DNA of 64,000 nt from Candidatus Nanoarchaeia archaeon. GTDB taxonomy: Archaea; Nanobdellota; Nanobdellia; Tiddalikarchaeales; Tiddalikarchaeaceae. Under the pieces are notes generated by a model that saw only the letters and a program-made list of their open reading frames with translations, searched no databases and was not told where the DNA came from. Positions within the stretch are counted from its first letter, which is position 1. Each line of letters opens with the position of its first letter. The DNA is taken from positions 93 to 64,092 of the forward strand of contig JBAZFK010000005.1 of the NCBI GenBank assembly GCA_041653395.1, given 5' to 3'. This document shows positions 1-9,675 of the stretch, piece by piece. Both the position numbers and the translations under genes were made by a program.

Positions 1-162
1 ATAGACATTAAGGCTTTGACAAAAACTCTTAAGCAGAAGTTGGCTTGCGGAGGAACATACAAGGATGAAACAATAGAGCTTCAGGGAAAGCATGCAAAAA
101 AAGTGAAAGAAATATTGCTAACTGAAGGATTCAATCCTGAAAGCATTGAGGTAAAATGTTAA
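1..162 (+). CDS. sui1: Translation initiation factor SUI1/aIF1 (3' part; 5' end outside window)
   Basis: Read manually in frame 1: IDIKALTKTLKQKLACGGTYKDETIELQGKHAKKVKEILLTEGF..., the SUI1 LACGGT/IELQG signature. Sits before rnp1 as in archaeal spc operons. Confidence 0.9.
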   Translation: MDIKALTKTLKQKLACGGTYKDETIELQGKHAKKVKEILLTEGFNPESIEVKC

Positions 163-431
163 GTGAATCCAACATTAAAAGCCATGAATTAATAGGGCTT
201 AAAGTGAAGGCAAAAAAAGCAAAAGGACTCATAGTTGATGAGTCAAAAAACACGATAACAATATGGAACAAAAAAAAGGAGAGTATAATACCAAAAAAAG
301 GCAATGAGCTTATATTTAAACTAGGCAAAAAAATCATAATAATCGATGGCGAGCAAATAGCTCAAAAGCCATATGATAGGTTAAAAAAAAAATACAAGGT
401 GAAAGATAAATGGCAAAAAAAGTTGGATTAA
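156..431 (+). CDS. rnp1: RNase P protein subunit Rpp29 (aPop4)
   Basis: HELIGLKV...GLIVDESKNT...IPK...F...IDG..I...P.DR pattern; conserved position between SUI1 and S17. Confidence 0.9.
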   Translation: MLSESNIKSHELIGLKVKAKKAKGLIVDESKNTITIWNKKKESIIPKKGNELIFKLGKKIIIIDGEQIAQKPYDRLKKKYKVKDKWQKKLD

Positions 432-814
432 TCGGAATAACAGCACCAGAGCATGACTGTAAAGACAGGAATTGCCCTTTTCATGGAAATTTAAAATTAA
501 GGGGAAGAATGTTTAAGGGGGTTGTAAAAAGCGCTAAAATGGAAAAAGGGGTAGTTATAGAGTTTGACAAAAGGTACATGATTCCAAAATATGAAAGGTT
601 TTCAACAAAGAAAACCAAAATAAAAGCGCATAATCCTGATTGCATCAAAGCAAAAGAAGGAGACTTGGTGACAATCATGGAAACAAGGCCAATATCAAAG
701 ACTAAATCATTCGTTGTTATAAAAAAAGAATCAAAAGCTCAAGTAATTAAAGGAACTGAAGAAGCAAAGGTTGAAAAAAAGGAAAAAAAAATAAAAAAGG
801 CTGAGAAAAAATGA
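410..814 (+). CDS. rps17: 30S ribosomal protein S17 (uS17) with Lys/Glu-rich C-terminal tail
   Basis: CxDxNCPFHGNLKLRGR and PISKTKSFVV motifs. Confidence 0.97.
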   Translation: MAKKVGLIGITAPEHDCKDRNCPFHGNLKLRGRMFKGVVKSAKMEKGVVIEFDKRYMIPKYERFSTKKTKIKAHNPDCIKAKEGDLVTIMETRPISKTKSFVVIKKESKAQVIKGTEEAKVEKKEKKIKKAEKK

Positions 815-1212
815 AAGCAGTAAAAGCAAGGCTTACAAAAGGGCTGGATATAGGAGCAAGGCTAGTTGTTGCCGACAATAGCGGAGCAAAAATAGCTGAA
901 ATACTTTCAGTAAAGCTTGGAAAATCAGTCAAAAAAAGAAGGCAAGGTTCAGGAGTAGGGGACATGGTAAGTGTAACAATTAAACAAGGAAACCAGAGTG
1001 TTAAAAAGAAAGTCATGCTAGCAATTATTATAAGGCAAAAAAAAGCTTACAAGAGAAGGGATGGCACAAGAATCAAATTTGAAGATAATGCTTGCGTAAT
1101 ATTGAAATCAGATGAAGGAGATCCTAAGGGAACCGTTGTTAAAGGTCCTGTTGCGCGTGAAATAGTTGAAAGGTTTCCAAAAATAGGAAAAATAAGCAGT
1201 ATAGTGGTGTAA
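811..1212 (+). CDS. rpl14: 50S ribosomal protein L14 (uL14)
   Basis: ADNSGAK, GVGD, RRDGTRIKFEDNA, KGPVARE motifs. Confidence 0.98.
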   Translation: MKAVKARLTKGLDIGARLVVADNSGAKIAEILSVKLGKSVKKRRQGSGVGDMVSVTIKQGNQSVKKKVMLAIIIRQKKAYKRRDGTRIKFEDNACVILKSDEGDPKGTVVKGPVAREIVERFPKIGKISSIVV

Positions 1213-1216
1213 AAAA

Positions 1217-1591
1217 ATGAAAGAATATTCAAGTCAATGGAAAAATAGTGTAAAGCCAAAAAAACAGAGGAAATACTTAGCAAATGCTCCTTTGCATACA
1301 AGAAGGACAATAATGAGCGCTAACTTGTCAAAAGAACTAAGAAAAGATGTTAATAAAAGAAATATTCCTATAAGAAAAGGAGACAAAGTAAAAATAATGA
1401 GAGGAAGATTCAAGGAAAAAACTGCAAAGGTTGAAAAAGTACTAAGGAAAGATTATAAACTAATACTTGAAGGGATAATGATTGAAAAAAAGGATGGCAC
1501 AAAGGTGAAGTTCCCAGTTCATTATTCAAATGTTCAAATCATAGAGCTGGATTTAGCTGACAAAAAAAGGATAACTAAAAAGGTGAAATAA
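1217..1591 (+). CDS. rpl24: 50S ribosomal protein L24 (uL24)
   Basis: PKKQRKY..NAPLH, IRKGDKVKIMRG KOW motif. Confidence 0.97.
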   Translation: MKEYSSQWKNSVKPKKQRKYLANAPLHTRRTIMSANLSKELRKDVNKRNIPIRKGDKVKIMRGRFKEKTAKVEKVLRKDYKLILEGIMIEKKDGTKVKFPVHYSNVQIIELDLADKKRITKKVK

Positions 1592-1593
1592 AA

Positions 1594-2292
1594 ATGCATT
1601 TAAAACGATTAAATACCCCAAAAAGATGGAATATAAGCAAGAAAAAGACGACTTTTATTGCACGAACAAGCCCAGGGCCGTATTCAAAAGAGATGAGTTT
1701 GCCTTTAATAGTTATATTAAGAGAGCATTTGAAGCTAATAAGCTCCAAAAAAGAGGCAAAAGAGTTAGCAAATAACAAAAACATCTTGGTGAACAATAAA
1801 GCAGTAACTGATTTGAACCAGGCAATTGGATTATTTGATACTATAAGTATTCCAGTAAGCAATAATTTTTACAGATTAGTTTTGGATTACAAAGGAGGAT
1901 TAATCTTAATACCTATTGATGAAAAAGAGGCAAAAGTTAAACTGTTAAGGGTTGATAATAAAAAAAGGCTGAAAAAAGGAGTGATACAGTTTAATTTAAC
2001 TGGTGGAAGAAACTTGCTTTCAAAAGACAGCTTTAGCATAGGAGACACTTTATTATTTGATTTGGATAAAAATAAGGTGCTGAAAAAATTGCCAATCAAG
2101 ATTGGCTCAAAAGTTTTAGTAATAAAAGGAAGGCATGCAGGAGAGACTCCAATGCTTTTAGGATTCAAAGAATTCGAAAACATCACAAAAGACAGGGCAA
2201 TACTGAAAAATAAGGATTCCACTTATCAAACAATGAAGGATTACATCTTTGTTTTAGGAGAAGGAAAAGAGGAGATAAAAATTAGCGAGTGA
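1594..2292 (+). CDS. rps4e: 30S ribosomal protein S4e
   Basis: MHLKRLNTP..W, PGP, LPL..ILR, GGRN motifs. Confidence 0.96.
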   Translation: MHLKRLNTPKRWNISKKKTTFIARTSPGPYSKEMSLPLIVILREHLKLISSKKEAKELANNKNILVNNKAVTDLNQAIGLFDTISIPVSNNFYRLVLDYKGGLILIPIDEKEAKVKLLRVDNKKRLKKGVIQFNLTGGRNLLSKDSFSIGDTLLFDLDKNKVLKKLPIKIGSKVLVIKGRHAGETPMLLGFKEFENITKDRAILKNKDSTYQTMKDYIFVLGEGKEEIKISE

Positions 2293-2825
2293 TTAATATG
2301 GCTGACAAAAAAGATAAAAAACTAAACCCTATGAAAAATGTGAAGATTGAAAAATTAACGCTTAACATTGGTGTTGGAGAAGCTGGAGACAAGCTTGAAA
2401 AAGCATATTCACTGCTTAAAACTTTAACAGGAAAGATTCCGGTAAAAACAGTCACAAATAAAAGGATTCCTAAATGGAACGTAAGGCCAGGAATTGGAAT
2501 AGGTACAAAAGTAACCTTAAGAAAAGATTATGAAGAATTGCTGAAAAGATTATTGCTATCAAGGGAGTATACTTTAAAAAAATCATGCTTTGACAACTAT
2601 GGAAATATTAGCTTTGGAGTTGACGAATATGTTCATATTCCAGGAGTTAAATATGACCCAAAGATGCCAATGTTTGGATTAAACGCGACAATAACCTTAA
2701 AAAGAGCAGGTTATAGGATAAGAGATAGAAGGTTAAATAACAAGAGAATTCCAAAAAATCACAGGATTAATCAAAGTGAGGCTATTGATTTTTTTAAAAA
2801 AAAATATGAAGTGAAAATAATATGA
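2289..2825 (+). CDS. rpl5: 50S ribosomal protein L5 (uL5)
   Basis: [32 protein letters not shown] motifs. Confidence 0.97.
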   Translation: MINMADKKDKKLNPMKNVKIEKLTLNIGVGEAGDKLEKAYSLLKTLTGKIPVKTVTNKRIPKWNVRPGIGIGTKVTLRKDYEELLKRLLLSREYTLKKSCFDNYGNISFGVDEYVHIPGVKYDPKMPMFGLNATITLKRAGYRIRDRRLNNKRIPKNHRINQSEAIDFFKKKYEVKII

Positions 2826-3049
2826 CTGCAAAGAATTGGAAGAAAACTTTTGACACAATATCTCACAAAAAAGCTGAATCAGGAAGGATGCTTAAATTCA
2901 ACAAGCCTGATGAAAAAAAATTCGGCAGGGGAAAGAGGGTTTGTGATATTTGCGGAAGAAGAGGGGCATTGATAAGAAGGTATTCATTGAATATATGCAG
3001 GCAGTGCTTTAGGGATGTTGCAAGAGATATAGGTTTTAATAAATTTTAA
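2822..3049 (+). CDS. rps14: 30S ribosomal protein S14 (uS14), zinc-finger type with N-terminal extension
   Basis: [27 protein letters not shown]. Confidence 0.95.
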   Translation: MTAKNWKKTFDTISHKKAESGRMLKFNKPDEKKFGRGKRVCDICGRRGALIRRYSLNICRQCFRDVARDIGFNKF

Positions 3050-3061
3050 GGTGAAAAAAAG

Positions 3062-3445
3062 ATGAGACATGATTTACTAGCGGATGTATTGTCAGCAATG
3101 ACTAGTGCTATGAAGAATGGGAAGAATGAATTGAATTTGAATTTTAATTCAAAATTTGCAATGAAAGTTCTTGAAATTTTCAAAACAGAAGGCTTCATAC
3201 AAGATTATATGGCAGTTCCTGAAACCAAAGGAATAAAAATTATACTGAACGGAAAACTAAATAAGTGCAATGCAATAAAGCCAAGATTTTCAGTGCAAAA
3301 GGATGAAGTTGAAAAATTTGAAAAAAGGTATTTGCCTGCAAAGGATTTCGGATGCTTAATCGTCTCAACAAATCAGGGATTGATGACTCATTACCAGCTG
3401 AAAGAAAAAAAATTAGGAGGAAAACTAATAGCTTATGTTTACTGA
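3062..3445 (+). CDS. rps8: 30S ribosomal protein S8 (uS8)
   Basis: D.LADVLSA, AIKPRF, LPAKDFG.LIVST.QGLMTH, GGKLIAYVY. Confidence 0.97.
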   Translation: MRHDLLADVLSAMTSAMKNGKNELNLNFNSKFAMKVLEIFKTEGFIQDYMAVPETKGIKIILNGKLNKCNAIKPRFSVQKDEVEKFEKRYLPAKDFGCLIVSTNQGLMTHYQLKEKKLGGKLIAYVY

Positions 3446-3450
3446 ATAAA

Positions 3451-3981
3451 ATGAAAACCTCAATCGAGATTCCGAAAGGATATACTGTAAAAAAGGAAGG
3501 GAAAAAAATTATAATTTCAGGCAATGGAAAAGAGAATAAAAGAGAACTTTTTTATCCATTAATTGACATAATATTCACTCCTGAAAGCATTGAGCTGCAG
3601 TCAAAAAAGGAGAACAAGAACGTTAAAAAAATGATGATGACATTTAAATCCCATCTTGAAAATATGATTATGGGCCTAAAAAAGCCTTTCATTTACAAGC
3701 TTAAAATTTGCGCATCGCACTATCCTATGACTGTAAAAGTTGAGGGAAACCAAGTTATAATACATAATTATTTGGGCGAAAAAGTTCCAAGAAAATGCGG
3801 CATTGTAGGAAATGCGAAAGTGACAGTTAATAAGGATGAAATAATAGTTGAATCAGTAGACAAAGAAGCAGCAGGAATGACTGCAGGAATAATTGAAAAA
3901 ATCAGCCAGATAAGAATACATGACAGAAGAATATTCCAGGATGGCATATACATAATTGAAAAGGACGGTTATAAAATATGA
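3451..3981 (+). CDS. rpl6: 50S ribosomal protein L6 (uL6); start moved to ATG at 3451
   Basis: SHLENMIMGL..PF.YKLKI..SHYPM, NYLGEK.PR, D.RIFQDGIYI motifs. Confidence 0.96.
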   Translation: MKTSIEIPKGYTVKKEGKKIIISGNGKENKRELFYPLIDIIFTPESIELQSKKENKNVKKMMMTFKSHLENMIMGLKKPFIYKLKICASHYPMTVKVEGNQVIIHNYLGEKVPRKCGIVGNAKVTVNKDEIIVESVDKEAAGMTAGIIEKISQIRIHDRRIFQDGIYIIEKDGYKI

Positions 3982-4523
3982 GTGAAGAGTTAATAAAAGC
4001 AAAGCAGAGCATGAAAAAGAAGCTTCCTAAATTCAGAAGGGTTGAAAAGCACAGGCATCCTCAGCTTCCTGATAATTGGAGAAAGCCAAAAGGCCACCAT
4101 TCAAAGATAAGAAGAGCAATGAAATGGGAGATGAGAATTCCAAAAATAGGAATGAAAACACCTAAAGTGCTTCAGAATCTTGACAAGTTCGGAAGAGAAT
4201 TAATACTAATAAGGACTATTGAGGATTTGAAAAAATTAAGCGAAAAAACTGTTGGAATAGTTGCAGCAAAATTAGGCTTGAAAAAAAGGTTACTGATTGC
4301 AAAGCAAGCACTTGGTAAAAAATACAAGTTTTTGAATTTTAATCCTGAAAAAATAATAAAAAAAGTTGAGGATAACAAAAACTCTAAAAAGCCTAAGCCT
4401 AAAATAGAATTAAAAGAAACAGCTGAACAAAAACCTGCTGAAAAACCTGCAAAGCCCACTATTAAACCTCAAAAGCCTAAAAAGGAAGAAAAAGCAAGCA
4501 AGCCTAAAGGTGACAAACAATGA
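3978..4523 (+). CDS. rpl32e: 50S ribosomal protein L32e with Lys/Pro-rich C-terminal extension
   Basis: P.FRR....H..L..NWRKPKG.HSK.R motif. Confidence 0.95.
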   Translation: MSEELIKAKQSMKKKLPKFRRVEKHRHPQLPDNWRKPKGHHSKIRRAMKWEMRIPKIGMKTPKVLQNLDKFGRELILIRTIEDLKKLSEKTVGIVAAKLGLKKRLLIAKQALGKKYKFLNFNPEKIIKKVEDNKNSKKPKPKIELKETAEQKPAEKPAKPTIKPQKPKKEEKASKPKGDKQ

Positions 4524-4960
4524 ATTTGAATAACCAAAAAAAATTAGCAGCAAAAACTTTTAAAGTTGGAAAAAAAAGAATCAAGCTTAATCCTGAAAAA
4601 AAGGATAAGCTGAAAGATGCAATCACAAGATTTGACATAAGAAAGCTAAAAGGAACTGCTATAACTGTTGAGAGTAAAAAAGGAGTGAGCAAGGCAAGGT
4701 CAAATAAGCTGAAAGAGCAGAAAAAGAAAGGCAGAAAGAAAGGGCCAGGAAGCAAGAAAGGCGCAAAATATTCAAGAATTTCAAGGAAACAATTATGGAT
4801 TAACAAAGTCAGAATCCAAAGAAAATTAATAAAGGAATTAAAGCAAAAAAGTATATTAAGCAAGGAGTTTTATAGAAAAATCTATAACATGGTAAGCGGA
4901 GGATTTTTCAGAAGCAAAGCTCACTTAAAGCTTTATATAACAAATAAATTGGAGAAATAA
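4520..4960 (+). CDS. rpl19e: 50S ribosomal protein L19e
   Basis: QKKLAA..., AITR.DIR, GRKKGPGSKKG, W...VR.QR, Y....GG.F. Confidence 0.96.
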   Translation: MNLNNQKKLAAKTFKVGKKRIKLNPEKKDKLKDAITRFDIRKLKGTAITVESKKGVSKARSNKLKEQKKKGRKKGPGSKKGAKYSRISRKQLWINKVRIQRKLIKELKQKSILSKEFYRKIYNMVSGGFFRSKAHLKLYITNKLEK

Positions 4961-4965
4961 AAAAA

Positions 4966-5475
4966 ATGGCAACAGGACCAAGGTATTCAGTACCGTACAA
5001 AAGGAAAAGGGAAAACAAGACAAATTATGCTAAGAGATTGTCAGCAGTTAAGTCAACTAGTCCTAGATTAGTTGTAAGAAAAACTAATCTTAGAATACTT
5101 GCTCAAATAGTTAAATTTGAAGAAAAAGGTGACAAAACATTAGTTTCCGCCTCAAACATTAACCTAAAAGAGTATGGTATTGAAAAAGCTCCGAAAAACT
5201 TAGTTACATCTTATTTAGTGGGATACTTAATAGGGAAGCTTGCTTTGAAAAACAAGATAAAAGAAGCAGTATTCGATATTGGGCTTAATATTAATACGCA
5301 GGGTAATAGAATGTTTGCAGTTTTAGCAGGAGCAGTTAAATCCGGACTAAAAATACCTCATGATGAAAAAATTTTCCCATCAAAAGAGAGACTGGAAGGC
5401 AAGCATATTAAAGGCTTTGATGCTAAAATAATAGAAAAGGTAATGAGTAATATTGATTCAAAGGTGAAAGCATGA
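4966..5475 (+). CDS. rpl18: 50S ribosomal protein L18 (uL18, archaeal)
   Basis: MATGPRY.VPYKRKRE.KTNY.KRL, RLVVRKTN, YLVGYL.G. Confidence 0.97.
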   Translation: MATGPRYSVPYKRKRENKTNYAKRLSAVKSTSPRLVVRKTNLRILAQIVKFEEKGDKTLVSASNINLKEYGIEKAPKNLVTSYLVGYLIGKLALKNKIKEAVFDIGLNINTQGNRMFAVLAGAVKSGLKIPHDEKIFPSKERLEGKHIKGFDAKIIEKVMSNIDSKVKA

Positions 5476-6206
5476 AAAAAATGAAAAGAGCTCCAAGAAA
5501 AGAAGAAAATATTAGCAATTTAGAGGAATGGGTTCCGAAAACAAATCTTGGAAGAGCTGTCAAGAATGGAGAGATAACAAGCATTGAGCAAATAATTGAT
5601 AATAATTTAAAGATAAAAGAGCCCCAGATTACTGAGACTCTCATGCCTGCATTAAGCGTTGATTTATTAGAAGTTGGACAAGCAAAAGGAAAATTCGGAG
5701 GAGGCCAAAGAAGGCCTTTCAGGGTAACTCAAAAAACAACCTCAGATGGCAAGAAACCTAAATTTTTATGCTTTGCAATAATCGGAAACAAGGATGGAAT
5801 AATAGGCTATGACAGGGGTTCAAGCAATGAAACTGTTCCTGCAAGAAACAAATCAATAGCTAATGCTAAAAAGAATTTGTTTAAAATAAAAAGGGGATGC
5901 GGAAGTTGGGAGTGCGGATGCGGAAAGCCGCATAGTATTCCATTCGAAGTTACAGGAAAATGCTCAAGCGCAATAATAACATTATTCCCAGCTCCAAAAG
6001 GCTTAGGATTATGCGTGAATGATGAATGCAAAAAAATACTTAAAATGGTAGGAATAACAGATGTTTGGAGTAAAACTAGTGGGCAAACAAGATCCAGATT
6101 AAACCTTGTTAAGGCTTGCTTGAATGCATTAAAGAAATTAAGCAAGGTTCGTTTGAATGAAAAATACGCCAATAATGTGAAAATAGTTGAAGGTGCGCTT
6201 AAATGA
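5472..6206 (+). CDS. rps5: 30S ribosomal protein S5 (uS5)
   Basis: W.PKT.LG, GCGSWECGCG.PHSIPF.V.GK..S, PAP.G.GL. Confidence 0.97.
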   Translation: MKKMKRAPRKEENISNLEEWVPKTNLGRAVKNGEITSIEQIIDNNLKIKEPQITETLMPALSVDLLEVGQAKGKFGGGQRRPFRVTQKTTSDGKKPKFLCFAIIGNKDGIIGYDRGSSNETVPARNKSIANAKKNLFKIKRGCGSWECGCGKPHSIPFEVTGKCSSAIITLFPAPKGLGLCVNDECKKILKMVGITDVWSKTSGQTRSRLNLVKACLNALKKLSKVRLNEKYANNVKIVEGALK

Positions 6207-6637
6207 CTAATTTATTAATAAGGTTAAGGGGAACAGTTGGATTAAACAAGGATATTAAAGACACTTTTTTAATGCTAAGGCTAACAAGAAGCCACTGGGC
6301 AACGCTTTTGCCAGAAACTCCAATTTATGATGGAATGATAAAAAAAGTGAAAGATTTTAGCATTTTTGGAAAAATAAGCGACAAAGTGCTTGAAGAATTA
6401 TTAGAAAAAAGGCTTAAGGCAAAGAATGGCAAGCCAGCAACCAAAGAATTAATCAAGAAAGCAATGGATGCATTGAAATCAGGAAAACTATTAAAAGATG
6501 TAGAAGAGCTTCATCCAATATTAAGGCTTCATCCTCCAATTAAAGGATTTAAGGGAGGAGTAAAAAAAACAGTGAAACAAGGAGGAGTGCTAGGAAAGCA
6601 TGACTCCATTGATGAAATTGCAAAAAAGATGATGTAA
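6203..6637 (+). CDS. rpl30: 50S ribosomal protein L30 (uL30, archaeal long form)
   Basis: IRLRG.V, T..MLRL, GMI.KVKD, LRLHPP.KGF. Confidence 0.96.
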   Translation: MTNLLIRLRGTVGLNKDIKDTFLMLRLTRSHWATLLPETPIYDGMIKKVKDFSIFGKISDKVLEELLEKRLKAKNGKPATKELIKKAMDALKSGKLLKDVEELHPILRLHPPIKGFKGGVKKTVKQGGVLGKHDSIDEIAKKMM

Positions 6638-6638
6638 A

Positions 6639-7037
6639 ATGGTAGTAACTCATAGGAAAAAAAGCGTAAAAAAACTCGGGCATAATGATCACAATGGTCT
6701 TAGAAGAAGAGGCAGCGGAAACAGGGGAGGAGTTGGAAAAGCAGGGCATGGAAAAAGAATGAAGCAGAAAAAAATGTCTTACATAATAGACGGAAAAGTT
6801 GATTACGGAAAGCACGGCTTCACTTCAATTTACAAGAAATTAAAAACTATTAGTGTTGGATTAATCAGCGAAATGGCTGAAAAGTCAACTTCCAAAGAAT
6901 TCGAATATGATGCTAAGTATAAAAAAATCTTAGGAACTGGAACTGTACATAAAGCAATAATTGTTAAAAATTATGCAGGAATAACAAACAAAGCAAAAGA
7001 TAAGATTGTTAAAGCTGGTGGAGAAGTTAAAGAATGA
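6639..7037 (+). CDS. rpl15: 50S ribosomal protein L15 (uL15)
   Basis: RRRGSGNRGG.GKAG, GKHGF, KILGTG, A.DKI.KAGG. Confidence 0.94.
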   Translation: MVVTHRKKSVKKLGHNDHNGLRRRGSGNRGGVGKAGHGKRMKQKKMSYIIDGKVDYGKHGFTSIYKKLKTISVGLISEMAEKSTSKEFEYDAKYKKILGTGTVHKAIIVKNYAGITNKAKDKIVKAGGEVKE

Positions 7038-8398
7038 AGGATTGGGTTGATTATTTGAGGCTCTTGCCTGAGGTAAAAAAGCCTGAAAAAAAATTGGATT
7101 TTAATGAAAAATTAAAATGGACATTAATCGTTCTTGTATTATTTTTCTTTTTAAGCGTTGTACCTTTATATGGACTTTCAAGTAATTATGTAAGCCAGCT
7201 GCAGGACTTAAGCCTTATATTGGCAGCAAAGATTGGCTCATTAATCAGCTTAGGTATTGGGCCAATAGTAAGTGGCAGCATTATTCTTCAGCTGTTAAAA
7301 GGCGCTGATGTAATAAAACTGGACACTAATTCCAAGGAAGGGAAAGAGAAATACCAGCTAATACAGAAAGGAATAAGTGTTTTATTCATAATAGTAATGA
7401 ATGCAATGTATGTATTCTCAGGAGCAATACCTCCCTCTAGTGCAACATTATTCAACCAAATAATAATGATTCTTCAGTTAATCTTCGGAGGATTATTGTT
7501 AATGCTTTTTGATGAAATCTGCAGTAAATGGGGCTTTGGAAGCGGAATCAGTTTATTCATAGCAGCAGGAGTCAGCCAGCAATTATTTATTAAAGCTTTA
7601 AGTTTAGTCACTGACTCTTCATCAGGTTTTTTCACAGGTTACATACCTTTAATTTTCCAATCCCTGCTTTCAGGAAATTTCGGATTAATGATTTGGCCAT
7701 TAATCAGCGTAGTTGCTACAATAGCAGTATTTTTACTAATAGTTTTTGCAAGCAGCATTAAAGTCAACATTCCGTTGACTCTTGGAAGAGTCAGGGGATA
7801 CAATATTAAATGGCCAATAAAATTTTTCTACACAAGCAATATTCCAGTAATCTTTGCAGCAAGCTTGATTGCAATGGTCCAAATGCTTGGATTAATGCTT
7901 TTCAATGCAGGCTTCCCAATACTTGGAACTTATTCAGGTCAAAGCGCGCAAACAGGCATTGCTTCATGGCTAGTTTTTCCTAGCCTAAGGACAATAATAA
8001 CTAATGGATTAGGTAGTTATATTCCTCAATTAATATTTTATCCCTTATTCATGATAGTTGGTTGCGTATTATTCAGCATTTTATGGGTTCAAGTTGGAGG
8101 CCAGGATGCAGCAAGTGTTGCAGACCAAATACACGAATCAGGCTTGTCAATCCCAGGATTCAGAAGAGACAAAAGAATTCTAGAAAGGGTTGTAAAAAGA
8201 TACATTGATCCCTTAACTATTCTTGGAGCTATAGCTGTAGCATTACTTGCAGTTGTTGCTGAACTATTCAGCGCATTGACTTCAGGAACAGGATTATTAT
8301 TGTCAGTAATGATAATTTACGGATTTTATGAAAACATTAAAAGAGAGGGAATGCAAGGAGCAAACTCAACTGTTAAAAAATTATTAGAGGCAGTTTAA
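7034..8398 (+). CDS. secY: Protein translocase subunit SecY (Sec61 alpha)
   Basis: About 10 TM segments; LGIGPIV, DEI.SKWG.GSGISLFI, PIKF.Y.SNIP, IPGFRRD, GTGLLL.V. Confidence 0.98.
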   Translation: MKDWVDYLRLLPEVKKPEKKLDFNEKLKWTLIVLVLFFFLSVVPLYGLSSNYVSQLQDLSLILAAKIGSLISLGIGPIVSGSIILQLLKGADVIKLDTNSKEGKEKYQLIQKGISVLFIIVMNAMYVFSGAIPPSSATLFNQIIMILQLIFGGLLLMLFDEICSKWGFGSGISLFIAAGVSQQLFIKALSLVTDSSSGFFTGYIPLIFQSLLSGNFGLMIWPLISVVATIAVFLLIVFASSIKVNIPLTLGRVRGYNIKWPIKFFYTSNIPVIFAASLIAMVQMLGLMLFNAGFPILGTYSGQSAQTGIASWLVFPSLRTIITNGLGSYIPQLIFYPLFMIVGCVLFSILWVQVGGQDAASVADQIHESGLSIPGFRRDKRILERVVKRYIDPLTILGAIAVALLAVVAELFSALTSGTGLLLSVMIIYGFYENIKREGMQGANSTVKKLLEAV

Positions 8399-8403
8399 AG
8401 ATA

Positions 8404-8850
8404 ATGGTTGAATATTTATATGGAATAACCTGGCTTACTCCATTAATATTTACAATAGTGCTTTCAATGCTAACAAGCCTTATTTCTCAATTAAGCTTTA
8501 AATTATTTGCAAACAACCAATTTTTAAAGCAAGGCATGAAGGAAGCTAAAGAGCTGCAGCAAAAAATGCTTAAAATGGACCAATCAGACAAGGACTACCA
8601 AGAAGTTCAAAATAAGCTATTAGATTTGAATATGAAATTAATGAGCGAGCAATTCAAGCCAACAATGATTACAATGGTTCCTTTTCTTCTATTATTTGCT
8701 TATGCAAAAAGCGTGATTCCAATGGACCAGACTTTAATTCATTTAGGAATCACTTTGCCTTTAATAGGCGAAGGCTTAGAGTTTTTTGGAGTATACTTTT
8801 TAGTGAGCATAATCTTTTCAAACATTTTAAGAAAGCTTTTAAATCGTTAA
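8404..8850 (+). CDS. DUF106 / EMC3-TMCO1 (Oxa1 superfamily) membrane protein
   Basis: TM - coiled coil (K.LQ.KM) - FKP...T.VP.L...W/Y - TM layout; conserved post-secY position. Confidence 0.85.
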   Translation: MVEYLYGITWLTPLIFTIVLSMLTSLISQLSFKLFANNQFLKQGMKEAKELQQKMLKMDQSDKDYQEVQNKLLDLNMKLMSEQFKPTMITMVPFLLLFAYAKSVIPMDQTLIHLGITLPLIGEGLEFFGVYFLVSIIFSNILRKLLNR

Positions 8851-8885
8851 TTTTTTAAACAAACAATCATTGAGTTGATAATATT

Positions 8886-9152
8886 ATGGCAAAAACTAGA
8901 AGTGAAAAAACAAGCAAGAAAAGAACTTATGTTGCTCCAGGAGGAGAGACAAGAACCGAGTATCATAATAGGAAACACACCAAAACCTTGTGCGGAATGT
9001 GCGGAATCGAATTAAGCGGTGTTCCAATGAGCATGAAAAAGAAGGCAAAAACTGAAAAAGTGCCTAACAGGCCTTATGCTGGAAATTATTGCAGTGCATG
9101 CTCAAGAAAAATAATTAAGGAAAAAATATTTAAAGAGGTTGAGAAGAAATGA
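8886..9152 (+). CDS. rpl34e: 50S ribosomal protein L34e
   Basis: PGG, C..CG..L.GVP, KVPNRPYAG..CS.C. Confidence 0.95.
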   Translation: MAKTRSEKTSKKRTYVAPGGETRTEYHNRKHTKTLCGMCGIELSGVPMSMKKKAKTEKVPNRPYAGNYCSACSRKIIKEKIFKEVEKK

Positions 9153-9613
9153 TTGAAATAGGAAGAGTATGCTTTAAAATAGCTGGAAGGGAAGCTGGAA
9201 AATTAGCAGTAATAATTGATGTAATTGACAATAATTATGTATTAATTGATGGATTAGTAAGAAGAAAAAAATGCAATGTGTCTCATTTAGTTCCTTTAGG
9301 AACAGTTCTTAAGATTAAGAAAAATGCACCAACAGCTGAGATTCATAAGGCAATGATTGATTCTAAAATAATTGATGAAGTACCAAAGAAAGGCGAGAAA
9401 AAAGAAAGGAAAGAAAAGAATGTAAAGCAGCACATCAAGAGAGAAAAAGAAGCTAAACCAGAAAAAAAAGAAGAGAAAAAGGAAGCTAAGCCAATAAAGA
9501 AAGAAGAGAAAAAGGAAGCTAAGCCAGCTAAGAAAGAAAAAGCTAAGCCAATAAAGAAAGAAGCTAAAAAAAAGGAAGCTAAGCCAGCTAAGAAAGAATC
9601 AAAAAAGAAATAA
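9149..9613 (+). CDS. rpl14e: 50S ribosomal protein L14e with repetitive KKEAKP tail
   Basis: IEIGRVC.KIAGREAGK..VI.DVID.NYVLIDG..RRKKCN..HL. Confidence 0.95.
   Translation: MIEIGRVCFKIAGREAGKLAVIIDVIDNNYVLIDGLVRRKKCNVSHLVPLGTVLKIKKNAPTAEIHKAMIDSKIIDEVPKKGEKKERKEKNVKQHIKREKEAKPEKKEEKKEAKPIKKEEKKEAKPAKKEKAKPIKKEAKKKEAKPAKKESKKK
9440..9610 (+). repeat. Imperfect tandem repeats (unit core AAGGAAGCTAAGCCA) encoding the KKEAKP tail of L14e
   Basis: GAAGCTAAGCCA or AAAGCTAAGCCA recurs about five times in 170 bp. Confidence 0.8.
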
Positions 9614-9675
9614 TTAAAAAATATTTCTTTTATTTTTTTTTAATGCATTAATCAACTATTTTTTTAAAAAATTAA

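Noticed and set aside
3352-3450. N-terminal extension of L6 in the ORF track
   Set aside because: Overlaps rps8 by ~90 nt; ATG 3451 gives a normal L6.
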